The notes beneath the pieces were generated by a model. The model was not told where the DNA came from, searched no databases, and saw only the letters and a program-made list of their open reading frames with translations. A stretch of DNA of 53,742 nt, the filler included, from Sphacelaria rigidula (Eukaryota), in assembly GCA_964200075.2 (NCBI GenBank). It is 4 parts of 4 records of this genome, joined end to end, with 100 filler letters (N's around TTAATTAATTAA, not from the genome) between each part and the next. Parts side by side here need not be neighbours in the genome. Positions count along the whole stretch, not along the records: positions 1 to 13,366 come from CAXNAA020002936.1; positions 13,467 to 26,827 come from CAXNAA020002937.1; 2 more parts are not named here. One strand, written 5' to 3'. A program made the translations under genes and the position numbers. Shown here in pieces: positions 12,092 to 25,000 of this stretch (its first letter is position 1; each line of letters begins with the position of its first letter).

Positions 12092-13204
12092 TTAAGGCGA
12101 CCGCTTGCCGTCCGATTCCTCGGAAGTATTGCTTCTCTGATCCTCTGCACTGGCTTCAGAGTGGCCATTGCTAGCATCCGATCCCGGGCGTTCTGTCCTC
12201 TCAGGACTGCTACGTCTCCCGCTGCTTCCTTCACTATTGTGGTCACTTTCACCATCTTCGCCTTCTGCAGAAGCACTCGACCCACCCTCGACGTCTTCAC
12301 TCTCACCTCGACTCTGTTCGTTGCCCGTTTCAGACCTAGACGCCGATCTCGAAGATGCACGATCCTGTTCTTCTCCCATCTCGCCTCCGTCCCGATTCCC
12401 ACCGTCATCAGTACTACCTCCATCGTGCTCTGACCCGTCGTCCCTGCTGTCCCCACTGTGTTCCGATCCCCGCTCAGTGCCAGATTCCACTTTCGAGCTG
12501 GACGGCGCCGATCGATCATCTCGAGAGTCATCGTCATCCGTGTCACCGTTCTCTTGGGCGTCCGAGGCATCCTGCCGTTCGTTTTCAGCTTCAGAGCCGG
12601 CAGTACTGGAGCCGTTGCGGGCGCTCTCCCCGTCCCTCCCGTGAAAACTATTTTCATCATCGGATGCGTCATCCTGTTCCGTGGCACTCTGAGAAGCAGC
12701 CGTATCGGAACCCCCATGGTAGCCCCCCCCTATGCCACTGCCATCACCACCCTCATTGCCTCCGTCGGACCTGTATCCTGGTGACATCTCTTCTTCTCCT
12801 TCACCATCATCCCTGTTCCCGGAGTAACTGCTACCATCATCGCTATCTTGTTGGTCACTTCGACTTTCGTCTGGCGTCGAAGCCACAGAAACGGAATCAC
12901 CAGTTGTTGGTCGCTGACGGGGTTGAGCACGAGACTCGATGTTCTCCTCCTCAACTTCACTCTGTGATTGGTCATCATCTTGGGGCTCATCGGTATCTGA
13001 CGATGTTTGGTATCGCTCTAGTTGGCCGCGATCTTTTCCCTTGGCCAATGTGGTTACTTCCCTGGCCGGAGATTCGTCGTTTACTCTCTCACGCTCTTCG
13101 TCGGAAGCGGGGTTTGCGGCAAGTTCGGAATCTCCGCTCAAATCCCTGTATGTAGTTGGAAGCGAGCTCTCCAGCTCACCGCGCGATGGAGAGAGCTTCG
13201 TGAC
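12092..13204 (-). CDS. Terminal exon of an unidentified gene encoding a D/E/S/G-rich disordered C-terminus (370 aa)
   Basis: A 1113-nt open frame starts after the acceptor gtgcgctcag/GTC and ends at a stop at 12092. The composition is strongly acidic and low-complexity. Upstream exons lie beyond the contig end. Confidence 0.7.
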   Translation of the reverse strand, partial: VTKLSPSRGELESSLPTTYRDLSGDSELAANPASDEERERVNDESPAREVTTLAKGKDRGQLERYQTSSDTDEPQDDDQSQSEVEEENIESRAQPRQRPTTGDSVSVASTPDESRSDQQDSDDGSSYSGNRDDGEGEEEMSPGYRSDGGNEGGDGSGIGGGYHGGSDTAASQSATEQDDASDDENSFHGRDGESARNGSSTAGSEAENERQDASDAQENGDTDDDDSRDDRSAPSSSKVESGTERGSEHSGDSRDDGSEHDGGSTDDGGNRDGGEMGEEQDRASSRSASRSETGNEQSRGESEDVEGGSSASAEGEDGESDHNSEGSSGRRSSPERTERPGSDASNGHSEASAEDQRSNTSEESDGKRSP

Positions 13205-13366
13205 CTGAGCGCACAAGCGTGCGATAGATATCGGAAAGCTGGAGTAAACGTTTTAACGTTGCAAACTAGATACGTGGGGGGGGGGGGGGGGGGGGGAAAA
13301 ACCGGGTTTTGTTCGACTTTAGACCTTCCCGAACGGGGGGAAGGGTTGTTAACAGGATAATTTGTT

Positions 13367-13466
13367 NNNNNNNNNNNNNNNNNNNNNNNNNNNNNNNNNN
13401 NNNNNNNNNNTTAATTAATTAANNNNNNNNNNNNNNNNNNNNNNNNNNNNNNNNNNNNNNNNNNNN
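13367..13466. other. Artificial contig linker (N44-TTAATTAATTAA-N44)
   Basis: 100-bp spacer with a six-frame stop cassette, identical to 26828-26927 and 40286-40385. Confidence 0.98.
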
Positions 13467-13476
13467 TCTTTGACCA

Positions 13477-13510
<34 letters not shown>

Positions 13511-13992
13511 TTCAACACATGCTGCAAAAAATGGCAGGTGTGAGAACAAAGCAAAAAGTAAGCCGTACTCACTTACTGGCCCAGAGGGACTTGACAGCAG
13601 CTCGCGACAACAACAGTCACGTGGGAAATCATTACTGTAGTCACATGTGTCCGCTCCTCAACCCTAAGGAGGCTCGCGAAAAACCGTACAAACTCCCATA
13701 TGCGGAAAGATGTTCACTATAGTTCGGTGCACGAATCTGTCACTTTAGTATACGTGAACTAAGGGTGGTGCGCCGTTTTGGTGAAGTTTTGGTGGGCTGC
13801 ATCATCAAAAGTTGCAGAAAAACAATCAAATCTTGCCCACGAAAACGTCAAGTATAACTCGTCACTTTTCCACCAACAGTTCCAAAAAGGCTCATGCTGG
13901 AAGAGACGCACTTCACAGGCCTTTGCTCTACCGAATGAAAATCGACACGGTACGAGTCCGAGAACGACCACCGAGACGGGGTACCTTACATA

Positions 13993-14243
13993 CATCGGAC
14001 AGATCATGATCCGTCTGAAAATTACTTCTTGTCAGTATAGTGATGGGGATCATGATCCGTATCATCTGACCCAACTTTTCCATGTTTGCTCCTTACGGTG
14101 CCGGACGCTGAGCATGCCGAGTAGTGCAACGGTTGCGCTTTGGCTTTACTGACTCCCCTGTCACATATCTTGTGTTTTTGGACCAACGGACTCGAGAGTC
14201 TTCTTTCATTAGTTGTTCCAGACAGAGCATGATCTGTCCGACG
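13993..14243. mobile_element. Tc1/mariner-type MITE (TA target site)
   Basis: TA|CATCGGACAGATCATG ... CATGATCTGTCCGACG|TA (TIR 15/16). Confidence 0.65.
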
Positions 14244-14945
14244 TATGGTACCTTAACGGTTATAGACATGGATCCGGGTACGACTATCAATACTAATAGC
14301 GACACGGGTACGACGAGGCACATGCATACACACGCTGTTTTACTGCTGCACCTTTTCGACCCCCCTCGACACGCACATACATACTCCTCCACATCCAAGA
14401 GGAAAGAAAAAAAAAAAAAGACGACGCCTCCGGCAGCCAAGACTGCATTTAAACAATATCCTCAATTTTGATCAATACCCCCAATTTGTTGAGAATTTGA
14501 AATGACACGCAAATGGAAAGTGAGCAGGACAAACACAGAGACAGAGACAGAAACAGAGAAAGAGATACACAGAGCGAAAGAGACCCGCATCAACTATACC
14601 AAATAACACACAAATATAAAAAATCCGTGTGATCCGCCCAACACAGAAAACACAAAAAATACATACCGAAAAAAATAATACAAAGTACAACCACCCCGAG
14701 AAAACACACAACACGGGAAAAAAAAAAAACAGACACGCATAAACAAACACACTCGTACCGTAAGAATTCGATTCTTCTCTGACCCACCCACACCATCTGG
14801 AAATTGGAAAACGAGGGAGGGAAAAAACAAAATAATACTGAACAGCAAAAAACTTCGTCACTTGCGTACGTACCGCGTCCACCACGTTCGTCGCGCGGAT
14901 GAATCATGACATTATTCCGTTCCTTTCGTTCCTTCTTTTTTTTTT

Positions 14946-17900
14946 TTAGCACACCGGTGTAAGGTCAGATTCAGCGGTAAAGCACGAGTCCTTGATGGTG
15001 TCATCCAGTCCCGAAGCGACTTCACCCGTGTTGCCTGTGACAGTAGAGTCCGTGGAACGGAGGAACCTACTTGTCGACGCGCACACGAACGGGGGGGGGC
15101 GGGGGGAGGGGGGCGGGGGGTAAACCATCAATACAGAGGTCGATTGATGAATACATTTGAAGTGAGTCCAGCCGTGATGTGTCGTCCGATTTGGACGTCG
15201 TTCAGGGAAGGTGAACAAAAGACGGAAAACACTCGACTCGAAGAACGAAACAAAACTCCGGATACAACAGAGGGAAAAAAATAAAGAAGAAAAAATAAAG
15301 TTCAAATAAACATACGGAGTAACATCCAAAGGAAACGAGAGGGAACAACGAAAGGAAAGGAAACAAATACAAAACAAGCAATGCCTCTTATCATACTCAA
15401 ATCGTTGTCCATTATACCTCTCTACTTCTATATATATATCAACAACAACAACAACAACAACAACAAAATAAAGTGGAAACCAAGCAAAGGGAGAGACTTA
15501 CATCATACCAGCCCCCGCGTCGCCGATGAAGGTGTTGTCCGTGACTTGAGTGCCGTCGGAGTCCTCGATGTCAACCACAGCCTTGACCGTGTAGGTCACC
15601 CTGTTGTTGCTGCAAAACATTTGGCACACACAATGAAATAAACATTAATTGACACATACGGGAGAATGCCGGCGATAAATAAAATAAAATAAATCAATAA
15701 AATCAATAAAAACACTAAAGTCAATGTAATCAATAAGATCAATCAAATCAGTAAAATCAGAGATTGGATTCCTCGAAAAAGTAAATACACTACATGTACG
15801 ATTGCGACCATCAAAGTTACCACATCCTATACCGCAAGTATGGGAAGAGTAAAAAAAAAGTTTCCAGCTTGAGCTTCTCCGCATTTTTTTCTCCCGATCA
15901 AACCAATGAATAACATTGATTCATGCTGAATGGATATTTATCTAAAATCGATTTAGTGTTTAAATCAATACATACACCGTATGCCGAATGAACAAGTTTG
16001 ATCCACTTGTCACGAGGCATAGCTCACGTCGGACGAGTGAGTAATTACTCGTCGAAACGATTGCACTCGCTAATGTTTCTTCAAAACACAGCGGGCATGA
16101 CTCGAGTGCTCGCAATGAATATGGTCAAAATAGAATAATCATGTGTGGAATAATCATTTCATTTCATTTAAATTTCATCTGTTTGTTGTTTGGGAGATGT
16201 CGTGTTGTTGGGGGTGCATTACTTATATTTGAAGAAAAAAAAAAAGAGACAATAATTGATTTTTCCACAACGAGCAATGACTCGAGTGCTCGCCTAATCA
16301 ATTTTTCCACGACGAGCAATGACTCAAGTGCTCGAGGACTTCCAGAAACGGAGCACGAGCAGCCTAACGAGCGTGAGTGCCACGAGTCCTTCTCGTGCTC
16401 GTCCGAGATATGAATATTTGTAATGTTTGCCTACATCCCTTCCCCTTCCCGAGAAATAAAATTTGGAGAAAAAAATTACGAGTAGTTCTACGGAGAAATC
16501 TCCAAGTCCGTCTTGAAATAAGATTGATATCTTGCCCCGCATGATCACGAAGAAACTGCTCTCAAATGTTCCCAGAGGAATGGTTTCTACTTTCCCAGAT
16601 GATTCGGATATCGACTCTCGCAAGGGTCGGACGAATCATTACTGCCTCGGATCACCTTATCTACTCTTTTTTTTTCTTCAGGTATGCGTTATTGGAAACA
16701 GATAGAAACGTTGACCGACCGCGAGTCAAATCATCTCTACGCAAATGTTGGGCTATTCCGCGTGCTCGGGGTGCGATGCTGAAAAACAAGCCCAAGGGTT
16801 GATTTATACGGTACGAATCTATCCATCACACTTCAAATCCAAGTCATTTTTAGACGAATCATTATTCATCCGACCCTTGAACTCTCACTTCTCCAAAAAA
16901 TCCGAGATTCAAGTTTTTCTTCTTTTTCTCACGAAAAAATGCGGGTATTCCGGATTATTTTCTTTTTAATTTTTTTGGGGGGACAAGGTCTGCTAATACA
17001 ACGCCCAATATGCATGAATACAAATTACATGTTTTACGTCATACATGACAAACACACACACAAAAGGGGAAAACCTACTTGAAAATGTTGTTGACGTTAA
17101 TGCCGGTAAGCGGTTCAACCTCCGGGACTTCGTCGCTGGACCCATAGTAGGCGTAAATATCGTTGTACCGGTTCGCGATCAACGTGTTCTCCTCGAACTG
17201 ACAGTTACAACAAAAAAAAGAGATAGCAGGGGAGGGATACGGGGGCAGAGAAAGTTAGAGGGAAAAAAAAACGAAACAAGGAACAACCACAGCAGAATAT
17301 AGCGGCGGCAGCGGCAGCGGCAGCTGCAACCCTGACATGGAAGAGAGGGGTTTCCTCAGATGGGCAACGAAATTATGGACGACATTACACATCGCAAAAA
17401 GTCATGTTCGTGTTATAATAGTGTGACTTCCCGTCAACATCTTTTTCTCGATAGATCATCATTTTTTTCTCTGCTGGTTCTCTCCTGCTACGTAACCTTT
17501 TCTTTCATCATCACCTGCACAACTCCTCGTGACATGTACACGGGATACCGCTCACCTGCCTTCTCACCTCAGCGCAGAATCAAGACACAAAACTCTGGGA
17601 TAATGGATGGAAAGAACACAGTATCGCACACTGTACTTCTTACCGTACTGAACTTCGAATTTAAAAATGGACGCCAACTTCGGAAACAACGGTCAAGTCA
17701 AGGACAACTACACCAATAGAAAAACACAAACTTGCAAGGGTGTATTGGCTAGGATAAATACCCGGGTATGCACTCTCCGGATTTTGTGTCGCTCCGGTCC
17801 GATCTCCAAACTCTGCATCCAATATCTGGGTGTTGTTGAGTACGATCTCAATACTCTAACCGAATTTCGGGTACTTGGAGAGCGATTTTTCAAACTACCC

Positions 17901-18999
17901 AAATGTAATAAATACCCTACCCCACACACACCTTTGCAAACCTATGACGACTGCCTCGATATAACCGAACCCTCTTCTGATGGCACGAGCCTGTCAACTC
18001 GGACCGACATCCTGGGCTTATCAACCCCGAGGTTGTCATCCTTCAATCTTCAGCCCGGGCTATGATCATGGTCCTCGCTAGGGCGTCACGTCCGACGCCC
18101 ATCGTCTCGCAGTCTTTACCCTCTTCTAAGCCCTACTCTGCACGAGCTCACAAAGCTTAACTCTACGTCGCATCCCTACACTCTCTGTACCCCCCTACAC
18201 CGCATGAGAAGCTTCAGATGATGCAACCTACACACCTCCAGTCTTAGATGAGATGGACCTGATCCATCGCCCACGAGTGCTGCTTATAATGGCGTCGACG
18301 ATGGACAAGGGATTTGGGTCATCTCACCCAGGAGTGATGATCATGTACTGTACTGTTCTGTACTGTACATATGCATATGTACAACTATACATTCGTTGTG
18401 GAAAAGTAATAATAACAAGACCGTGTTCGCTTACCGTGTTGTCGGTAGAGCCGAGAGTCACGCGGAATCCCCAGCGGTTATCCTCGAAGTGGTTTGTGTT
18501 AACAGTAGTGCGAGAGGTTTCCACCAGAGACAGGCCGGCGTCGAAATTCCCCGTGGCCCCGTTGCCTGTTCCCAGTTTTAAAATCAAAAGCGTCGGGGGG
18601 GAATAAAAGCACGCAAAGTTTGAAGAAAAATAAAATGGAGGGATATTATATTTATGACAAATGGAGCTAGAAATGAAATTTTGAAAAAAACGGAGAGGAC
18701 AGTCGACGGGCTGGGCGAAGGTTCCGATCCAATGCCCGAATGCAGTTGACCCTTTGGGACCCCATTGACGATTTTCGTTTTGTGAATCGGCATCATTTTC
18801 AATCATTTCCAAGTCAACATGATGCCGATTCACACAAACAAAAATTGTCAATGGGGTCCAAGAGGGGTTCATGTACAAATCACGAGTGCGCGGAACGTAC
18901 TTTTGAGCAAATGCGGGTTAATATAATCCGCCGAGGCTTGACGAACTCATCCGGAGAAAGGGGCGTGGAAGGTTCACGACAAGTACAAAAGAAAAAAAA

Positions 19000-19055
<56 letters not shown>

Positions 19056-22000
19056 ATCCCATCTATTCTGGACGCCAGTCTACACCTTTCGGAATATGTG
19101 GGCGCGTCAGCGAGGGTCACACAGGAGGAAGGAAGGCCCACAACGCAGCAGTTTGTTTTCTCTCTTTGTTTTCTCGTAGTACTTCACCTCATTTCTGCGG
19201 TGCTCGCCTTCATTTTTTATCGCGAGGGGGGCTCAGCAGTTCCTTCCCCTCTTCGACCGTGAAGTCGAATTTTGTGTACCCACGACAAATTCGCTTTCCA
19301 CTGTTGGACATTGCGAGAAGAAGTATGTACGAGTTATTATTTCCTTGTTTTGCCTACCTGACACAATGCTGTCGTCGCAGCTTTTGTGAAGCATGATGCC
19401 GCTCCCGCCGTTGTTGTCGGAGACATTGTCGATGACCAGAAGGTGGTCGCAACGCTTAGAGGCGATGATCCCGTGGTTGCCTGGAAATACGCACATACAT
19501 GTATATATATATATATACGAGTTTCAACGACAAACACGTGAGATGAGTGAAGGTAGCGAGTGGAGTACGACAATACGCGTAAGAAGGACAAAGTGGAGCA
19601 CGACAAATAGGTACGCGTGTACAGCGCTAGATGACAGACGGTACAGCGGAGTACAGTGGCAGTACGCGCGTAACATAAAAGACAAGAAATGGAGCATGAT
19701 ACATTTTGTAGGATTACAAGGGAAGACAAGCAGCGGAGTATGACAATACGCTTTGGTATGACAAACGAACGCGGGGGTGAGGCGGCTACAAGTTAGCGAC
19801 GAATGCTCGCCTGACGTGAACGCGAAATACATAAAAGTATGCATAAATGTGTGCTGCATAACTTTGCACATCTAGTCCGCTGCAAAAAGGATTTGCTCCA
19901 TCAACACATATACATTGCGTGTGTGTACATGTGTGTTCACAAGTTGGCTCAAGTTCGCGACACTACCGAACGCGTCAGAGGTGAACGTACATGGAATGAT
20001 CCATATCTCTCCTCTGTTTCTCTATGTGCACATGCCGACTTTGGTCACCATCATCTAGTGCAAGGAAAAAAATGAAAATGGAACGATTAAGGGAGTAATG
20101 CCGCAATACCCCACATACAAAAAGGTGGCTTGCTTGAGGAGCCAGGATCTACAGGGTATCATCATGACAAAACCGAGCATACCCGGGCGGCTGGGAACCA
20201 TTCATCACGCACGGGATCGTTTTCGTCAGTGTCGCTCATATGAGGTGTTTAATACAGTTTAAAATCAGCGATCATGCGCTGAATGACTATTTTCTTCGTG
20301 ACAATTTAGGGCTGGTTTGGGGGAGGGTGTACTCATGATTTGGTTTGGGGGAGGGGGAGGGGGGGGGGGGGCATACACACATATTTTCATCACTGGTACA
20401 CGGTGGTGCGCACGCGTATTACAAAAAACAAACTATACGCATGCGTCAACATCCCACCATGATTGTCATTATTCATCAACAAATATTTACACCACGACTG
20501 TCTCGTCATAATCTTCCCGCTGAACCCACCGTTGTTGTAGCAAGTGTTCCGTGCGATGGTCAAGTAGTCGCTGTCATCGTGGGGATCAAATCCGTACTGC
20601 CAGTTGTCTGTGGACAGAAGAGAACGGGGATAAAAATAAAAAATAAACAAATCAAAAGCAGAACAGTGAACAGGTATGAACGGGACGGAAAACGCAAGAA
20701 GAAGAAAAAATAAATAAAGCACACACACACAATACGAAGCGGCAGTGACACAGCAGGATTGGTTATTTCAATGCGCACCTAACGTCCGGAGGAATCATCG
20801 ATTCAAGTGTTTTCACCTCGAGGAAGAATAAAAAATACAAAATTAGGTCAGGCTCCACGACGAAGACAACACATGGAATACATGTGTAGGCCAGGCTCTA
20901 CACCCAAGCCCATACGTGGCGCCAAAGGCTTCCTTGTTTCATTTTTGATTCCTCACGCCTGGTGATGTACTCCGTATTATTTATCCCGTAGCCTGCGCTA
21001 GTGTCCTTCTTGCTCACCGTGCAACTCGTTGTCTGTCCAGACGCCTCCAAGATGACCGTAGCTGCAAGAGAAGGGGGAAAAAGGGGAACAAAAAATCGAT
21101 TAGAAATGAAAATATTTACACCGGGCGGACACGTGCACACACAAACGGGGAAAATTTTCTGACGAAAGTGTTTCGATATCAAAATAACAGATCGAGACTG
21201 ATTATTTCCCCCCCCTCCGTCCGTCCGTTGGGATATAAAGTAAGTCACCGAACCAATGGATCTCGGGCTACTATACCTTCACCCCTTGAGCGAATATAGT
21301 GGGTTTTCTGGTGCAAGCGCGTGCGTATTTTCCACGTCAAGTCACAGGCGTCGGTTTGGAGGATGACTAAATTTGGAGCTAATACCGGGTCAAAAAAAAG
21401 TAGAGCGCATGCTCCAGTTTCAACACAAAGGCAGGCATTGATACAACAAGCATACAACAAAAGGGTACGGAATGTTCTTCAACAAAAAGCGTGATTTACA
21501 GTAGAGCCTTTTTCCTCCCAACATTACGTCGAAATGGGTTGTCGTGTACAATGATCCATCGTAAGTCATGCTCCAAAACATCACAAACATACAAGACGAG
21601 ACAATAAAAATCATACTCCAACCAACGAGAATCATTTTCACATCGTGGACAGCTAGATTGATTCATTGATTGTCGCACTTTACTGACCCCCCACGGGTCC
21701 ACGTTCCGGCGGAAATGACGGGTAAGCTGACAGATTCACTCACCTGTACTGACCATACCAAAGGTGGTGAACGTCCGACTCCTGCAAATCGCCGTACACT
21801 CGCACGCTGTCGAACAGGTCGAGGTTGCTCAGGTCTTCACACAGCCCGCGAACCTGTTGTTTTGTTGTTTTTATTTCACATCCACGTAAAAGGAAACAAT
21901 AACAGAGGAGAGTTCAGAGGTCAAAGCGCGCTTCCGGGTGTCCTAGGTTGTGACGGAAAAAAGTGTGTGTTTTCTTCTCGAATGGTGGGTCGAAAAACAG

Positions 22001-25000
22001 CAGTTCATTTCCGCACTAATGATACACACTACTGCGTCACTAGCGACTTGCAGATTTTCCCTTCGATTTTTTTCTTGCTCCACTTGATCATGGAAGACGA
22101 AAACAGCAACAACAGCAACGCAGTAAATATGCACATGCTGCACATGTAGGCAGCATTACCTCAGATGTTGCTGAAGAGGATGGAAGAGAATTACCAGGGC
22201 TCTTCACGTTACACGTTACACGTTACACACACGTTACACATCACAAACGTACGTCACAACGGTGTGACGTAACGTAACGTAACGTAACGTAACGTATGTT
22301 TTGCGAATACGTTACAAATGTGACGTAACGTACCGTACCGGTGAAAAATGTGACGTAACGTAACCTTCAATTTTCAATACGTCACAATTGTGATGTGACG
22401 ACGTACTTTTTCAATACGTACAGTGACGTATTTTAAAATGTTTCCCGTAACGTGTCACGTATTTTATACGTTACAAGTCACATTATTATGCGTTTGTAAC
22501 GTCTGAATGAACGTCACGACCGTCACACGCTCAACTTGTACAACAATTAGTGTGAGATTAGCGTATGTGATACTCGCACGATGATATGATACATGGGTTC
22601 AACAAGAGTGTGGGTATGTCATCATAATACGCACGCGATGTGAGTGCAAGTTCAGCGCCACGGCAGCATGCACCGCCACACCAAACAAAATCGTAGTATG
22701 CATTATTTTGAGTTGCCGTGTGCCGTTTTACTTGTTGGTGTCACCATCAATAGTATCAAAATATGCGAACTACGAAGTAATCAGAGACCCTGCGCCCTTG
22801 AAGAGGTGTGATGGGTGGCACGAGCTTGTGATCTCGTGGACAAATTCGGTGGCTCCACTGCTGTTCTGTAATTTTGTCCTCTATTTCGTTGATTTTGCTT
22901 CGTTTTCTTGTGTTGGACTTGTTTGTTTGTTTGTTTTTTCTGCCGTTCGTCTCTCTTCGCACTGTTTTGTTCAAGTTTTTGTCTCTGTTTTTGGCACAAT
23001 GAGTCATGATGTGTTTATACCTTCATGATGTCCGCCCTGCGAACGCGACTGATTTCGTACCGGATCATCAGGTCATGTGTATTACATATATAGAACATAG
23101 ATTTTCTGCATACACGCCCTGCTGAGGGAGCAAAAAATGATAACACGGAATTCTTACAAGTCAACATAGCGAGCAGAACGCGCCTCATGCTCGAAGAAGG
23201 CAGCCACCGTGAAACTTCCGTACCGAGTTGAGGTACATGAAACCTTACAACGTCGTACTTCGCGTTCATTTGCCCTCAACACAAGCAAAGTGTAACGTTT
23301 CATTTCACCTTACACGTCACAAATGTAACGTATATTATTCATCTCACGTTACATTAACGTTCCAAAATACCTTGCACGTCACAAAAATCAAGTTGCAGAG
23401 TACGTTGCACGTCACAAACGTCACGTACATTATTCGTCACACGTTACAATAACGTTCCAAAATACCTTGCACGTCACAAAGGTGACGTTTCAAAATACGC
23501 TACACGTCACAAACGTATTACAATGTGACGTGTAACGTGTTTTGTGACGTATTACGTATAAAACACATTACACGTTACGTGAAACGTTTCAAAATATGTC
23601 ACCGTGACGTAACGTAGCGTAAAACTTTTGAATACGTCACAAGTGTGACGTAACGTAACATACTTAAACAAAAATGTAACGTGATGTAACGTAAAAATAT
23701 TCATACGGCACACTTGTGACGTAACGTATAACGTGTAATGTAAAGAGCCCTGAGAATTACCTCGTTCATGTAGTGCAGATTGCCCTTCACCTTGCGCTCG
23801 ATCAACAATTGAAGGAGATGAACCACAGATCAATATTTTTCAGGCCACCCATCAACTGGACGCAGAATTCATACTCCCATGTATATCCACTATATATCCA
23901 AGTCTGATCGTGTAACCTAGCTACATGAGACACAAGTAAACACTCGCTTGCACTACTCCTATTTTTAGTGGTACAGTTACCTTCCACGTGATCCCGTAAG
24001 ATTCGGTACCGTCGTAACCCAGGTATCCAATTTCGCTCTTGACGATGTCCATGCGGCACTCTCCCATGTCATTTTGGGCCACGCCGTCGCACGTATCAGA
24101 GGTGAGCACCTTTTAATTCAACAGACGCGGTAGCGGTAACCAGCACCATACGACGTGAGAATACGCACGCACAAGAGGATGACGAATACTTCAGCTTGGT
24201 ATCGACTGAAGAGAGGGGAATGGAAGGCGGCGGCGGGGGGGGTGAAATTAATGTGTAAAAGATAAATATTTCTAAGGTTGTTGTCTTTCGGGTACGATGT
24301 TGTAAACCGGGTACTTACCCGGCTATTCTGAGAGTTATGTACGCCTCCAATAACCCGAACCCGACAGTTCTGTGAGATCTGAATGAAATGAATACCCTTA
24401 CCCAGAGCACGGACACATCCCTGTAGAAATACCTGGTTGCTGGTCACGGTTTTTCTTCAACCTCCAAACCGAGAACGACAGGTTCTGAAAGTTCAAAAAG
24501 ATTTCCGTACCGGTGCCCTATAGTTCCGAAAGTTCTGAAATGACCTACCGAACATACCCGTTCCCTACAGAACACAGAGCGGAATATTTCGACTCTCTCT
24601 ACTTGGCACGCGGTACAGCTGTATACCTAATACCCAATACCCAATACCTAAGGTACACATAAGGGAGTCACTCCCTGAAGGAGACTCGACACAGGAAGAA
24701 GATGGAAGACAGAGAGAATGATACAGCAGAACACCCACTAACCTGGACAAAAGCGAGATACGACCGATAACGGAAGCTGAAACAAATGGTTTATTCAGTA
24801 TAGTCACGACCAGCACGCGAAATTTCGAGTGTACACTCTGTCGGCCCATGACGCTCACATTTTACCTTTTACTTGTCAACTACGAAGTTCCGCCAGCGCT
24901 TTACCTACATCAGCACAAATATACAGGCATGTTCACTACTGCAAAAAATAAAAAATGGATATAATGACACCATGTATACAGCATTGATATGTACATAATA

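Noticed and set aside
23753..23810. Extra MC5E exon (ERKVKGNLHYMNE/GT) whose donor was duplicated by the hAT TSD
   Set aside because: The flanking exons already join as the conserved ...GITWK/VRG..., leaving no room for it, and no good acceptor was found.
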